DNA from: Candidatus Omnitrophota bacterium
Lineage (GTDB): Bacteria > Omnitrophota > Gorgyraeia > Zapsychrales > JBAZNR01
Direction: 5' to 3'
Length of the DNA stretch: 64,000 nucleotides
NCBI GenBank assembly: GCA_041649175.1
Contig: JBAZNR010000003.1
Coordinates: forward strand, 143,449-207,448
The notes beneath the pieces were generated by a model. It ran no database searches. It saw only the letters and a program-made list of their open reading frames with translations, and was not told the DNA's origin. Shown here piece by piece: positions 46,584-56,529 of the stretch; positions within the stretch are counted from its first letter, which is position 1; each line of letters opens with the position of its first letter. A program made the position numbers and the translations under genes.

Positions 46584-47480
46584 TTGATAGGGTTGTGTAT
46601 TTTTGTCACGATCTTTGACCTGTTTTGCTTTAATGCCCGTTTTGACAATGTGGTCGCACCGACACCTCTCAAGGAAGCGTATTACAAAATACCTTTTCCA
46701 TACCAAGACCTGGATGTGAAATTACGAAGCAGTATCGATATTGTTAATTATCGCTGTGACGCGATCCATACCGGCGGGATGCTTTCCAACAAAAATCTTA
46801 TTTTTGGCGTTCCAAGCTACAGCGGAATTATCGGCTATATGCCTAAAAGATTCTCGGATCTGATCAATAATTTTGGCTATCCAAAAGGAACTGTGCTTAT
46901 TTATCCCAGCGATGTTGCGCAGAGTGAACGTTTCCTTGATCTGTCGGCCGCCAAATATACGTTTAAAGACCTGGCATCCGCCCAAGTCCGCCCCAGCGCC
47001 TTATCCCGACTTATGCTGTTTTACAATTATTCGATTATTCCTGATGACCGCCGGACACTTGAAATATTAAAAGATGAAAAATTTAATCCACAAGCAGAAA
47101 TTTTGCTGTCGCAACCTCTTCAGGAAAATTTTACAGCAAGTCCGGGTTTGCCAGGGAAGGCCGTTTTTATTAGTGCGGCAACTTCTGATGCGGTTGCCGC
47201 GAATGTCGAGACTCCTACGCCGGCTTTGCTATTGTTTTCTGAATCTTACTCAAACGGCTGGAAGGCGTATGTAGATGATAGGCCTGCTCCTGTCTACCGT
47301 GCGAATTTTAATTTTTTAGCTTGTCCCATTCCCTCAGGCGAACACAAAGTCATTTTTAGATTTGAACCGAAAAGCTTTTTTGTTTCCGCTTGGATCAGTT
47401 TGGCAGGGTTGGTGATGTTTTTTGCCGCATCCATTTATTTGATCTCGCGCAAAAATAAAAAAGAGAAAATTCTCTCCTAA
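46584..47480 (+). CDS. YfhO-like C-terminal module (TM helix, periplasmic domain, terminal TM helix), same frame as 44016..46559
   Basis: SYSNGWKAYVDDRPAPVYRANFNFLACPIPSGEHKVIFRF plus a final TM helix matches the YfhO C-terminal signature. Also seen in the intact paralog at 40521..42689. Confidence 0.55.
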   Translation: MIGLCIFVTIFDLFCFNARFDNVVAPTPLKEAYYKIPFPYQDLDVKLRSSIDIVNYRCDAIHTGGMLSNKNLIFGVPSYSGIIGYMPKRFSDLINNFGYPKGTVLIYPSDVAQSERFLDLSAAKYTFKDLASAQVRPSALSRLMLFYNYSIIPDDRRTLEILKDEKFNPQAEILLSQPLQENFTASPGLPGKAVFISAATSDAVAANVETPTPALLLFSESYSNGWKAYVDDRPAPVYRANFNFLACPIPSGEHKVIFRFEPKSFFVSAWISLAGLVMFFAASIYLISRKNKKEKILS

Positions 47481-47487
47481 ATTTCAT

Positions 47488-48201
47488 ATGAAAGAATACT
47501 TAGTTGGAACCTGCGTTCTTAATGAAGGTGAAAAGATCAAGCGAATGCTTTCTAAGTGTGATCGGTACGATCTCTATGATGTTTTAGTGATCGACGACGG
47601 ATCGACCGATGGCTCTCTTCTTGGCTTTGACAATCATTTATCCATTAAAATTATAAGAAATTCAATCAATCAAGGCGCGGGACATTGTGTTCGGCAAATT
47701 TTCAATTATGCCAAAGAAAACAAATATACGGCCGTGTTTTTTGTTTCCGGAAATGACAAAGATGATCCGCAGGATATTTTGAAACTAAAAGATGCCGTTG
47801 AACAAGGCTTTGACCTGGTGCAGGGCTCAAGGTATTTGTCAGGAGGCATTTCCGGAAAGATGCCTTTTTATAGAAAAATAGCAACTCGCCTTATTCATCC
47901 CGCCCTTTTTTCTCTGGTCTCCGGGCAAAGGATTACTGATTCAACAAATGGCTTTCGAGCTGTTAGGATCTCTATGCTTTTAGATAAGCGCATTGATCTT
48001 GACCAACCGTGGCTTAACCAGTATGAATTAGAGCCGTATCTTTTTTATAAAGCGATCAAGCTTGGTTATAAAGTAAAAGAAGTTCCGGTCAGCAAAATTT
48101 ATCCCGACAAAAAAGAGGGGTACACCAAAATGAAGCCTTGGGTTGGATGGTGGAGCATCTTAAGACCCTTGGTGTATTTGGGGTTGGGAATTAAAAAATA
48201 G
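47488..48201 (+). CDS. Family 2 glycosyltransferase (polyprenyl-phosphate glycosyltransferase type)
   Basis: VLVIDDGSTDGS...GSRYLSGG...TNGFRAV. Confidence 0.8.
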   Translation: MKEYLVGTCVLNEGEKIKRMLSKCDRYDLYDVLVIDDGSTDGSLLGFDNHLSIKIIRNSINQGAGHCVRQIFNYAKENKYTAVFFVSGNDKDDPQDILKLKDAVEQGFDLVQGSRYLSGGISGKMPFYRKIATRLIHPALFSLVSGQRITDSTNGFRAVRISMLLDKRIDLDQPWLNQYELEPYLFYKAIKLGYKVKEVPVSKIYPDKKEGYTKMKPWVGWWSILRPLVYLGLGIKK

Positions 48202-48216
48202 CTAGTGAGTGCGCTA

Positions 48217-49167
48217 TCAAGAAGTTTTATTGAAGTGGTGCAAGATGTAGTTTTTTTCGTAGGAAGTCAAAAACTGGTGAACAGGAAAGTAGAATCCGCT
48301 TTGTCCATAGTATTCCGTCGCTTCAACGCCTGCCTTAATTAAGTTTTGTTTTCTAATAGAACCTCTGAAATTCTTTGTTGCCTTCATTAAGAAAACTCCC
48401 GGAATAATTTTCTCGCTTAACGGAAAATAGGGAACAATGCCTTGCTTTTTTAATTTCTCGGCAAAAAAATTCCAATTCGATCGGCGAATTTCATTCCAGC
48501 CGTAGCAATAAAGCAAAGAATTAATAAGCGTTGTTTTGATCAAAGCTTGGTCGTGAGCTGAAACTTCTTTGACAGCGCCAAGAGGTTTTTTGGAAGCCAA
48601 GATCCCGCCGAAGGGAATTGGGTAATATTTTGGGAGGCTATAAATGGCATAATCGCCGAATGTTCCCACGGATTCTCCCTCGAGCCTTGTTCCGATGGAA
48701 TAAGCCCCGTCTTCAATAATAGGTAAACCTTCTTGACGATAAGGCTCGATAGTTTCTTGCGGGCAGGGAAAACCAAATTCATGAATGGCTAAAACAGCGC
48801 GGGTTTTTAAGCTCAGTTTCCTTGACCACTGACAGACCGATTCAATTGTTTTTGTAACGCAAGAACTGATGTAGGGCCCCGGTGTTGTTTTGACAATGAG
48901 AACTTCATCAGCAGGTTTAAGCCGAAGATGTTTTAAAGAAAAATAAATAGCCTGACGGCCGCTATTTAAAAGCCGGATATCGCGGGCATTGTCGAGCCAG
49001 AATTCCGGCTCTATGATCGCAGAACGGTTTTCGTGTCCTTGTTGGCCGGTAAGTTTATCCCACTCGATGGCGCTAAAAGGCGAAATGCGGATGTGAGCTG
49101 TCATGTGCGCCATAAGCTCGAAGGAATTAAGCATGGATCGATCGATCGATTTTCTTGTCGTTTTCAT
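48217..49167 (-). CDS. DegT-like PLP-dependent aminotransferase-fold protein (short form)
   Basis: IIEDGAYSIG...FGDYAIYSLPKYYPIPFGGIL resembles the DegT family PLP-lysine region. At 316 aa it is shorter than typical. Confidence 0.5.
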   Translation of the reverse strand: MKTTRKSIDRSMLNSFELMAHMTAHIRISPFSAIEWDKLTGQQGHENRSAIIEPEFWLDNARDIRLLNSGRQAIYFSLKHLRLKPADEVLIVKTTPGPYISSCVTKTIESVCQWSRKLSLKTRAVLAIHEFGFPCPQETIEPYRQEGLPIIEDGAYSIGTRLEGESVGTFGDYAIYSLPKYYPIPFGGILASKKPLGAVKEVSAHDQALIKTTLINSLLYCYGWNEIRRSNWNFFAEKLKKQGIVPYFPLSEKIIPGVFLMKATKNFRGSIRKQNLIKAGVEATEYYGQSGFYFPVHQFLTSYEKNYILHHFNKTS

Positions 49168-49168
49168 T

Positions 49169-49891
49169 TTACGTTTTTTCTAAGATAACATCATAACGGG
49201 AAATGTCGGTTAATTTCCCCGGAATATTTTGCGATAGAATATGGCAGCAATAACCTTTTTTCTGTCCGTATTTCTTAAAAAATGACGGCGGAAATGTCAG
49301 TTTTTTTAAATTGTGGTTTAAAAAAGAAGGCCACCATGATTTGCTTGACGGATTCTTCTTCAGTTCTTTTTGAAGTTTTTGTTTTAAAAGTGATTCAGGC
49401 AAGAGGACATCTCCAATGAAAACACGCCCTTTAGGCTTAATAGTACGCATAAATTGATTAAGAACTTTTTCTGCTTCTTTTTGGCCCGATAAATAATGAA
49501 AAACGCTGTAACATAAGATTTGGTCAAAAGCGTTCGCCGCAAAGGGAAGTGACGCGGCGTTACAAGCAAGAAAAATTCCTCGCGGATTTAGTTTGCGGGC
49601 GTCGAAGAGCATTGCAGGGGCAATGTCGGTGCCGATAACTTTTCGTAAGCGCTTTTGAAAAACTTTTGAAAAAAGTCCGGCCCCTGCGCCGACATCCAAG
49701 AGAACAGAATTTCTTGAGGGCTTCAGTTTCTTCCAAACATCCTCATGGATCGCTTTCATAACTCTTTTTGAAAGCGGTCTTCCTTGTTCATAATAAGCCA
49801 TCTTCATGCGCGGGTCTTTGTAGTGTTGCGCGCAACGGTTGAACCATTCGCTCCAGGAAGACGCTTTAGATCTTTTAGATGATATTTTCAT
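49169..49891 (-). CDS. Class I SAM-dependent methyltransferase
   Basis: LLDVGAGAGLFS...GTDIAPAML...FDQILCYSVFHYL...IKPKGRVFIGDV. Confidence 0.75.
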   Translation of the reverse strand: MKISSKRSKASSWSEWFNRCAQHYKDPRMKMAYYEQGRPLSKRVMKAIHEDVWKKLKPSRNSVLLDVGAGAGLFSKVFQKRLRKVIGTDIAPAMLFDARKLNPRGIFLACNAASLPFAANAFDQILCYSVFHYLSGQKEAEKVLNQFMRTIKPKGRVFIGDVLLPESLLKQKLQKELKKNPSSKSWWPSFLNHNLKKLTFPPSFFKKYGQKKGYCCHILSQNIPGKLTDISRYDVILEKT

Positions 49892-49912
49892 TGGTGAACG
49901 TTTATAAACATA

Positions 49913-50674
49913 TTATCGAAGGCGGGCATTGATAAAGATTTCATTGGCAAGTTCCGGATATTTTCTTCCTAGAATAAAGAGACCTTCCATGACAGGGGCA
50001 GTGAGGACTTTTTTGATGGAGTCCATTTGGCTATTGCTGAAAGGCTTTAAAAGGCATCCGCCCGATCCGGCAATGGCAAACCCTTGGCTAATGACAAGAT
50101 TTGTCAAAGAGCGAAGATCAAATACGTGGTGTTGCATAAGTTGTTTGTTGCGCCGGCTAAATGCCTTGACATCTTTGATGAGCCCCATAGCTTTAGCCAG
50201 GCGCCGGTGCAAAGAATTTCCATTGGAGACATTGATGTGGATCGTTCCTTTCCTGCTGAGAAGAGATCGGGCGGCTCTGAGAAGTTCGTCGGGATTTGGA
50301 ACTTCGTGCAAAAGCCCGGTGCAAACAATAAAATCGATGGGGCCGTGAGTTATTTCGCGAATATCTTGGGCGGCATCTTCAAGGAAATTCTGGATGACAA
50401 AAAGAGGAATTTTCTTTTGAGCAGAACGCTTGGCAACTTGAGCAAATTTTGCCGATGGTTCCACAATGATCCATTGCTTTATAGACAGACGGGCTTTGAG
50501 TGCTTTTTTGTAGAGCAGATCGGCACCGCAGCCGACTTCAACGACAATGACCGGCTTTTTCTGTTGCAGGGTTTCTAAGGCAATTCTTTGGCGGCTGGCG
50601 ACGGCGTTTTTTTCAAATCCGTAGTCGGCAAGATAAATTCCGGGGTAAAGTTTGATTCGTTTTTGCTTGTCCAT
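49913..50674 (-). CDS. Class I SAM-dependent methyltransferase
   Basis: VVEVGCGADLL...WIIVEPSAKF...IDFIVCTGLLHEV...LSRKGTIHINV. Confidence 0.7.
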   Translation of the reverse strand: MDKQKRIKLYPGIYLADYGFEKNAVASRQRIALETLQQKKPVIVVEVGCGADLLYKKALKARLSIKQWIIVEPSAKFAQVAKRSAQKKIPLFVIQNFLEDAAQDIREITHGPIDFIVCTGLLHEVPNPDELLRAARSLLSRKGTIHINVSNGNSLHRRLAKAMGLIKDVKAFSRRNKQLMQHHVFDLRSLTNLVISQGFAIAGSGGCLLKPFSNSQMDSIKKVLTAPVMEGLFILGRKYPELANEIFINARLR

Positions 50675-50878
50675 GCTCGATTTTCTAGAAATTATTCTAA
50701 TAATGTTTTGACGACTTTCTAAAAATAACAGGTGATACTATAGCATAATTTTTACCTGTTCGTCTAATAGTAATCACGTAGTTTTGCTGCGAAGGCGGAA
50801 GAAAAGAGTTTTTCCTTGCGTCAAATTTTTGATGACTGTAGAATAACACGATATATTCACATTTCTTAAAGGTCAATA

Positions 50879-52492
50879 ATGGCAAAGCAATTTCCAACGC
50901 AAAAATATCTTCTATCGGCTCCGGTCATTTTTTCTTTACTTATTCTTGGGCTAGGGCTTGTCCTCCGTTTCGCAAATATCAATAATGACAACTTTTTTCT
51001 GTATGATGAGGGGTATTATCTTAATTACAACCGGCCTGTCCTTGAGTTGATCGACGGGCATTTTCCGGTGAAAATGCCCGACATGATCCAAGCGGTCTAT
51101 CTTTCTTTGCGCGCGGCGTTAGCGACGGGAAAACCATTATGGTTCTTTATCGTTGACGCGCGCGTTTTCTTTGGAGGCGTGCATCAATGGTTTTTTCCTC
51201 ATCTTGTTTCGGCGGTCTTTGGCACTTTGACTTTGGGGCTTGTGTTTTTATTTGCCAGAAAGCTTTTCAACTCCACAACGGCAGGGCTCTTGAGTTTAAT
51301 GATCTTAAACGTTTTGCCAAGCCATGTTTTTTATTCACGCTTAGCGTTGCAAGAGGGTTTATGCGCTTTTCTTTTCTTGGCAGGTTTTTATTTTTATCTT
51401 TTTCCCGCCCGGTTTGGCGCTAAGACTTTTCTATCATCTTTTCTTTTAGTGTTGGCGTATTTCTCAAATTATCGCCTTGTCATCCTTCCGGGTTTGGTCT
51501 TGTTCGCCGAATTTTATATAAGCCTTTCCTCGGGTCAAAAGCCTAATTTCAGGAAGTATTTTTGGCATACTTTAATTTTTATCTTCCTTGTGCTGATGAT
51601 CGGAAGCATTGATAAGGGAAGATACATAACGGTCGTTTTCGCCTGGATGTTCCATCAGGCAGATCTGGCGCAGTCTCAGCGTCATTTTTTGGATCTATTT
51701 TCCTATCCTTATTATATTTTCCGCCTGGAAGGAATTGTATTTGCGACTTTGTTTTTCGCGAACGGATATTACCTGATGAAGCGGCAATGGCAAAGGGCTT
51801 TTTGTTTTTCCCTCGCTTGTTTTTATATGCTCATCTTTTCTCTGACCGCCGAAAAAGGGGCGAGGTATTTATGTGTTATGCTCCCCTTTATGGCCATGGC
51901 GGTTGCGGGATTTCTGGAACAATTATTTTCGAAAGATAATTTAAAGATTAACCGCAAGTTTGTTGTCATTATCACTATTATTCTTTTTGCCGGCTTGATC
52001 GTGCGCTCAATTGATGTGGCACAATTTCGTTCGGATTATAAGAATTCTGTCAAATACATTCGCGCCGTGAGTCCTCAATTTAAGATCATCACGACTCAGC
52101 CTTGGATCCAGAAACTTTATGTAAGCCAAGATGACGTGGCGGAAATGCCAAAAAATTACGAAGCCTTGCTTGGCGCTTACAAAAAAGGGTATCGGTATCT
52201 GATCATTTGCCCGCAGGCGTTTATTTCCTGGACGGACAATAAAGAGAAATTTGATCCCCATTTGCTTCCGTATTTAAAATTCATTACGACATTTGTTGAG
52301 CCGGTTAAAACTTTTTCGCATTTTAACAATCGACTTTTGGAACGGTTTGTTTTTGAGCATAACGAAAATCTGAAAACGTCAGTCCAATTCTTATCATCAG
52401 GAAAGAAAGATTTAGGCGCGCTGCGAGTTTACGATCTAAAGACATGCATCAACGCAGTTGAGAACGTTTATCACCCGAAAAAAGGGAAGTAA
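50879..52492 (+). CDS. ArnT/PMT-like (GT39/GT83-type) GT-C glycosyltransferase
   Basis: N-terminal TM, then FFLYDEGYYLNY (DE-containing first periplasmic loop as in PMT/ArnT enzymes). About 11 TM helices and a C-terminal soluble domain. Confidence 0.6.
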   Translation: MAKQFPTQKYLLSAPVIFSLLILGLGLVLRFANINNDNFFLYDEGYYLNYNRPVLELIDGHFPVKMPDMIQAVYLSLRAALATGKPLWFFIVDARVFFGGVHQWFFPHLVSAVFGTLTLGLVFLFARKLFNSTTAGLLSLMILNVLPSHVFYSRLALQEGLCAFLFLAGFYFYLFPARFGAKTFLSSFLLVLAYFSNYRLVILPGLVLFAEFYISLSSGQKPNFRKYFWHTLIFIFLVLMIGSIDKGRYITVVFAWMFHQADLAQSQRHFLDLFSYPYYIFRLEGIVFATLFFANGYYLMKRQWQRAFCFSLACFYMLIFSLTAEKGARYLCVMLPFMAMAVAGFLEQLFSKDNLKINRKFVVIITIILFAGLIVRSIDVAQFRSDYKNSVKYIRAVSPQFKIITTQPWIQKLYVSQDDVAEMPKNYEALLGAYKKGYRYLIICPQAFISWTDNKEKFDPHLLPYLKFITTFVEPVKTFSHFNNRLLERFVFEHNENLKTSVQFLSSGKKDLGALRVYDLKTCINAVENVYHPKKGK

Positions 52493-53523
52493 TGATAAAA
52501 ACAATACCGCTAACAAAAGAAAATATTAAGACGATCGCGCTCCCGGGATTAGAGCGGAATTTGTTTTCTTCCGCCGCGTGGCTGTCTGTGCTTTGCCAGA
52601 CCTATAAGCTTAGTTTGTTCGCAAAATATATTGAAGAAAATGATCAAATCAAAAGCTATATCATCTATTCAATTGTTGACAATTTTCTAGAGCAGAAGAT
52701 CTGCATTTGCTCTTACTGTGATTATTTTGATTGTCATGTTCAAACACCCGAACATTGGCAGATGTTCTTTGATTCTTTGAGAAAAGAATATCCGCGCTAT
52801 CGCATCGCGATCCGAAATCTGCGCGATCAGCTCGCGCGAGAAAATCCTAATTTTGCTTTGCTCAGCAAAGAGCGATTTCACATTTTGGATATTAATGATG
52901 ATTTAGATTCTATCTGGAAGAAAACCCACGATTCGTTTCGGTCGGCGGTGAAACAAGCACAAAAAAACGGGATTGAAGTTAAGCGCGGCGCAAGAGCTGA
53001 TCTGGACAAATTCTACAAGCTTCATTTGAGGCTAAGAAAAAGCAAATACCGTCTTTTTCCTCAGCCCTTTAGGTTTTTCGATAAGATCTGGCGCGAATAT
53101 ATGGAAAGCGGCAATGGTTTTCTGTTGGGCGCTTACAATCGAGATGGGAAATTTGTCGGAGGAAATGTTTTTCTTCGCTGCGGAGATACGCTGTATTATA
53201 AATTCAATACCTCAGATTTGAATTTTGTAAAACTGCGGGTGAACAATCTTCTTTTGTGGGAAGGGATCAAACTAGCCAAGGAACTTAACCTAAAATTTTT
53301 AGATCTAGGCTCTAGCGGATATGAGCAACACGGACTCATCATGTTTAAAGATCATGTTGGCGCAAAATGTTTGGATATCTGTCATCTCGGATTTAATCCA
53401 CCCGATTATAAATTCAGCCAAAAAAGGATCTTGAAAGTATTTACCCATACTTTGACCGCTCCATGGGTTCCGGATTTTATTACGCGGGCAGGGAGTAGTA
53501 TTATTTATCCGTTTTTGGCGTAG
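52492..53523 (+). CDS. FemAB-family/GNAT-fold aminoacyl- or acyl-transferase-like protein
   Basis: Size and the LLWEGIKLAKELNLKFLDLGSS region resemble FemAB/acetyltransf_6 proteins. Weak recognition. Confidence 0.45.
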   Translation: MIKTIPLTKENIKTIALPGLERNLFSSAAWLSVLCQTYKLSLFAKYIEENDQIKSYIIYSIVDNFLEQKICICSYCDYFDCHVQTPEHWQMFFDSLRKEYPRYRIAIRNLRDQLARENPNFALLSKERFHILDINDDLDSIWKKTHDSFRSAVKQAQKNGIEVKRGARADLDKFYKLHLRLRKSKYRLFPQPFRFFDKIWREYMESGNGFLLGAYNRDGKFVGGNVFLRCGDTLYYKFNTSDLNFVKLRVNNLLLWEGIKLAKELNLKFLDLGSSGYEQHGLIMFKDHVGAKCLDICHLGFNPPDYKFSQKRILKVFTHTLTAPWVPDFITRAGSSIIYPFLA

Positions 53524-53663
53524 GTTTTTATTCTTTAAAGTTGAAGCGCCAGTAAAGATGTTCTGGCACTTAAAATAAAAAAGTAAACCAATGCCGTATT
53601 TCACGGAAATTTTGCTATAATAAGTCCAATCTTGCTGTTTAATCTGATGCGACGGAGTTATCC

Positions 53664-55691
53664 TTGAAAAAATCTTCCTCAAAAAAGCAATCATCTTATT
53701 CTTACCAGGATTTTGCCGGGCTTATCGATCGTTTTGACTCGGTTTATAAGTCGGACATCGATGAGCAGAAATATTTTGGATTTCCTCTGGACCCGATTTT
53801 GAAGATCGAAAATCAATTGTTAGGCGGCCAAGCTAAAACGATCGCTTATTTTTCAATGGAATTTGGTATTGCGCCGAGCATCTATAACTCGTTTGGTTTA
53901 AGCCGTCCGATGAGCGAAAAGAATAAATTCTTTAAGCATGAAGTTTTTTCGAATTACTGGCTTTCCGATTATGTGTTTAAGATCCAGATCGACAAGATGC
54001 TGGACATCCCTATCTACAGCGGAGGCTTAGGTGTTTTAGCCGGGGATTCCATGAAAAGCATTGCCGACCTGGGGCTTCCGGTGACCGGCATTGGTATTTT
54101 GTGGAATAAGGGATATTTCAAGCAAAATTTCTGGTATAAACACGGCCAAGTTCCTGAGGAGCTTACTTGGGATCCGCATACGTATCCGGGGCTTATTCCG
54201 CTCAAAAATATTGTTACCATTGAAACGAAGCAAGGGCCGCTCAACTTAAAGCTTTGGAAGTATTATGTCTATAGTTATGATAAGAAAAATGCTTGCCCCA
54301 TCATCCTTCTTGATTCAAATCTTCCTGAAAATAGCGAGCCGTTTCGAAAATTGACCGACCAGCTTTACCGAAGCGATGATATGTGGTGGAAGATCTTCCA
54401 ACGGGCCATTCTTGGTATTGGCGGCGTTAAGGCCTTAGATAGCTTAGGCTACAACATTGGAACTTATCATTTGAATGAAGGGCACGCGGCGTTCGCTATT
54501 ATCGAAAAATATCTTTCTTTAGATGATAAAAGCGAAATGAAGGATTTGATGAAGCATTTTGTCTACACCTGTCATACGCCGGTGGTGGCAGGGCATGACC
54601 GTTTTAAGGTGAGCGAATTGCGCAATATTTTTGACGAGAGATATGTTCGGGCGGCGGAAGAATTTGGAAAAGAAAACGCGCAGTCTCCGGAAATAAATCT
54701 TACCTTTATGGCGCTTAATCATTGCAACAAGGTTAATGCCGTCGCCAAAAAACACGGCGAAGTTATGCGTATTCAATTCCCGGATTTTGCCAAGAAAGTG
54801 CAATCCATCACCAACGGTGTTCATACGCATACATGGGTTTCGGAAAGTTTCGCCAAGCTCTTTGATAAATACGAAAAGATCCTCGGCGACTGGCGGGCAG
54901 ACCCCACGTTACTTTCGCGTATCACTGCTTTAGCAGAAAGTAAAGCATTCCGGCGAGATTTGTTTGAAGCTCATCAGGAAAATAAGCGTAATCTTATCAA
55001 TGTGGTTAAACATTGGCAGCTGAAGGAAGATATTTTTACGCTTTCTTGGGCAAGGAGAATTGCCGGTTATAAAAGACCCGCGCTTATTTTTCATGATACC
55101 CAAAGGCTTGTTGATATCGCCAGGCGCGTTGGGCCGATGCAGATCATCCTGGCCGGTAAGGCTCATCCAAATGATAATTTGGGCGCGGCGCATATTGAAG
55201 ATATCTTAGACCATATTGACGCGTTGAATGATTATAGCGATGTTGTCAAAGTGCTTATTTTGGAAAATTACGATACGTATTTTGGGAAATTACTGAGCAA
55301 TTCGGTTGATGTTTGGTTAAATAATCCTCTGCCGCCTTTTGAGGCTTCCGGAACTAGCGGTATGAAAGCTATTTTAAATGGTGTTTTGCAAATGAGCACA
55401 GTTGATGGATGGGTTGTTGAAGCTGTTTCGGATGATATTGGATGGCTTTTTGGCTATCGTCATAAAGGGTCGGATATCGGCAACGAGAACGATTTGCGCC
55501 TAGATGAGGACTCTAAGGCTCTTTGTGACACATTAGAGGAAGCCGTCGGGCTATATTATAAAACATGTAAAAGCGGTAAAATTGTTACGGAAAGCCCATG
55601 GATCGATAAGATGATCCACTGTATTGAAAAAAGCGGGTTTTTTAATACGCAACGCATGATCGGGCAATATAAGTCTCAGATGTGGGAATAG
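53664..55691 (+). CDS. Alpha-glucan (glycogen/maltodextrin) phosphorylase, GT35 family
   Basis: YFSMEFGI, YSGGLGVLAGD, HLNEGHAAF, TCHTPVVAGHD, EASGTSGMK (the PLP-lysine region). Confidence 0.85.
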   Translation: MKKSSSKKQSSYSYQDFAGLIDRFDSVYKSDIDEQKYFGFPLDPILKIENQLLGGQAKTIAYFSMEFGIAPSIYNSFGLSRPMSEKNKFFKHEVFSNYWLSDYVFKIQIDKMLDIPIYSGGLGVLAGDSMKSIADLGLPVTGIGILWNKGYFKQNFWYKHGQVPEELTWDPHTYPGLIPLKNIVTIETKQGPLNLKLWKYYVYSYDKKNACPIILLDSNLPENSEPFRKLTDQLYRSDDMWWKIFQRAILGIGGVKALDSLGYNIGTYHLNEGHAAFAIIEKYLSLDDKSEMKDLMKHFVYTCHTPVVAGHDRFKVSELRNIFDERYVRAAEEFGKENAQSPEINLTFMALNHCNKVNAVAKKHGEVMRIQFPDFAKKVQSITNGVHTHTWVSESFAKLFDKYEKILGDWRADPTLLSRITALAESKAFRRDLFEAHQENKRNLINVVKHWQLKEDIFTLSWARRIAGYKRPALIFHDTQRLVDIARRVGPMQIILAGKAHPNDNLGAAHIEDILDHIDALNDYSDVVKVLILENYDTYFGKLLSNSVDVWLNNPLPPFEASGTSGMKAILNGVLQMSTVDGWVVEAVSDDIGWLFGYRHKGSDIGNENDLRLDEDSKALCDTLEEAVGLYYKTCKSGKIVTESPWIDKMIHCIEKSGFFNTQRMIGQYKSQMWE

Positions 55692-55700
55692 CGAATTATC

Positions 55701-56516
55701 ATGAAGCAATATTTGGATCTAGTGCAGTATATTTTTGACCACGGGGAAAAGAAGGAAGACCGCACCGGAACAGGAACCATTTCCGTTTTTGGCTACCAAG
55801 CAAAATACGATTTGCGCGATGGATTTCCGCTTGTCACGACAAAAAAAGTCCTTTTTGATGCCGTTGTTCGGGAATTGTTATGGTTTCTAAAAGGGGCAAC
55901 CAATATTAATGACGGCCTTAAGCAGTACACGCCGATCTGGAACGCCTGGGCGAACGAAAAAGGGGAATTAGGCCCTATTTATGGTTATCAGTGGCGCAAG
56001 TGGGAAAGGTTTTCCTGGGATGAAAAGTCGAAGAATTTTCAAAAAGAATACGTTGACCAGATCAAGTTGGCTATTGACCTCATCAAAAGTAAACCGCATT
56101 CCCGCAGAATTATTGTCAGCGCCTGGAATGTTGCGGATATTGACAGGATGGCTTTGCCGCCGTGTCACGCCTTTTTTCAATTCTATGTTTCCAACGGCCG
56201 CTTGGATTGCCAGCTGTATCAGCGCTCGGCGGATGTGGCCTTAGGAGTTCCTTTTAATATCGCCAGTTATGCCTTGCTTTTAGCCATGGTAGCGCAGGAA
56301 TGCCGTCTTATGCCGGGAATTTTCGTGCACACGTTCGGAGACGTTCATATTTATCTTAATCACGTTGACGGTTTAAAATTACAGCTTCAACGAAAGCCAA
56401 GGCCTTTGCCTCAAATCCAAATTGCCCAGAAATCTCTTTTCGATCTGGCGTTTGAAGATATCAAGCTGGTGAATTATCAGCATGATGATTTTATAAAATT
56501 TCCCATCGCTGTTTAA
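55701..56516 (+). CDS. thyA: Thymidylate synthase
   Basis: [53 protein letters not shown]. Confidence 0.95.
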   Translation: MKQYLDLVQYIFDHGEKKEDRTGTGTISVFGYQAKYDLRDGFPLVTTKKVLFDAVVRELLWFLKGATNINDGLKQYTPIWNAWANEKGELGPIYGYQWRKWERFSWDEKSKNFQKEYVDQIKLAIDLIKSKPHSRRIIVSAWNVADIDRMALPPCHAFFQFYVSNGRLDCQLYQRSADVALGVPFNIASYALLLAMVAQECRLMPGIFVHTFGDVHIYLNHVDGLKLQLQRKPRPLPQIQIAQKSLFDLAFEDIKLVNYQHDDFIKFPIAV

Positions 56517-56529
56517 TCAAATAAAATTT

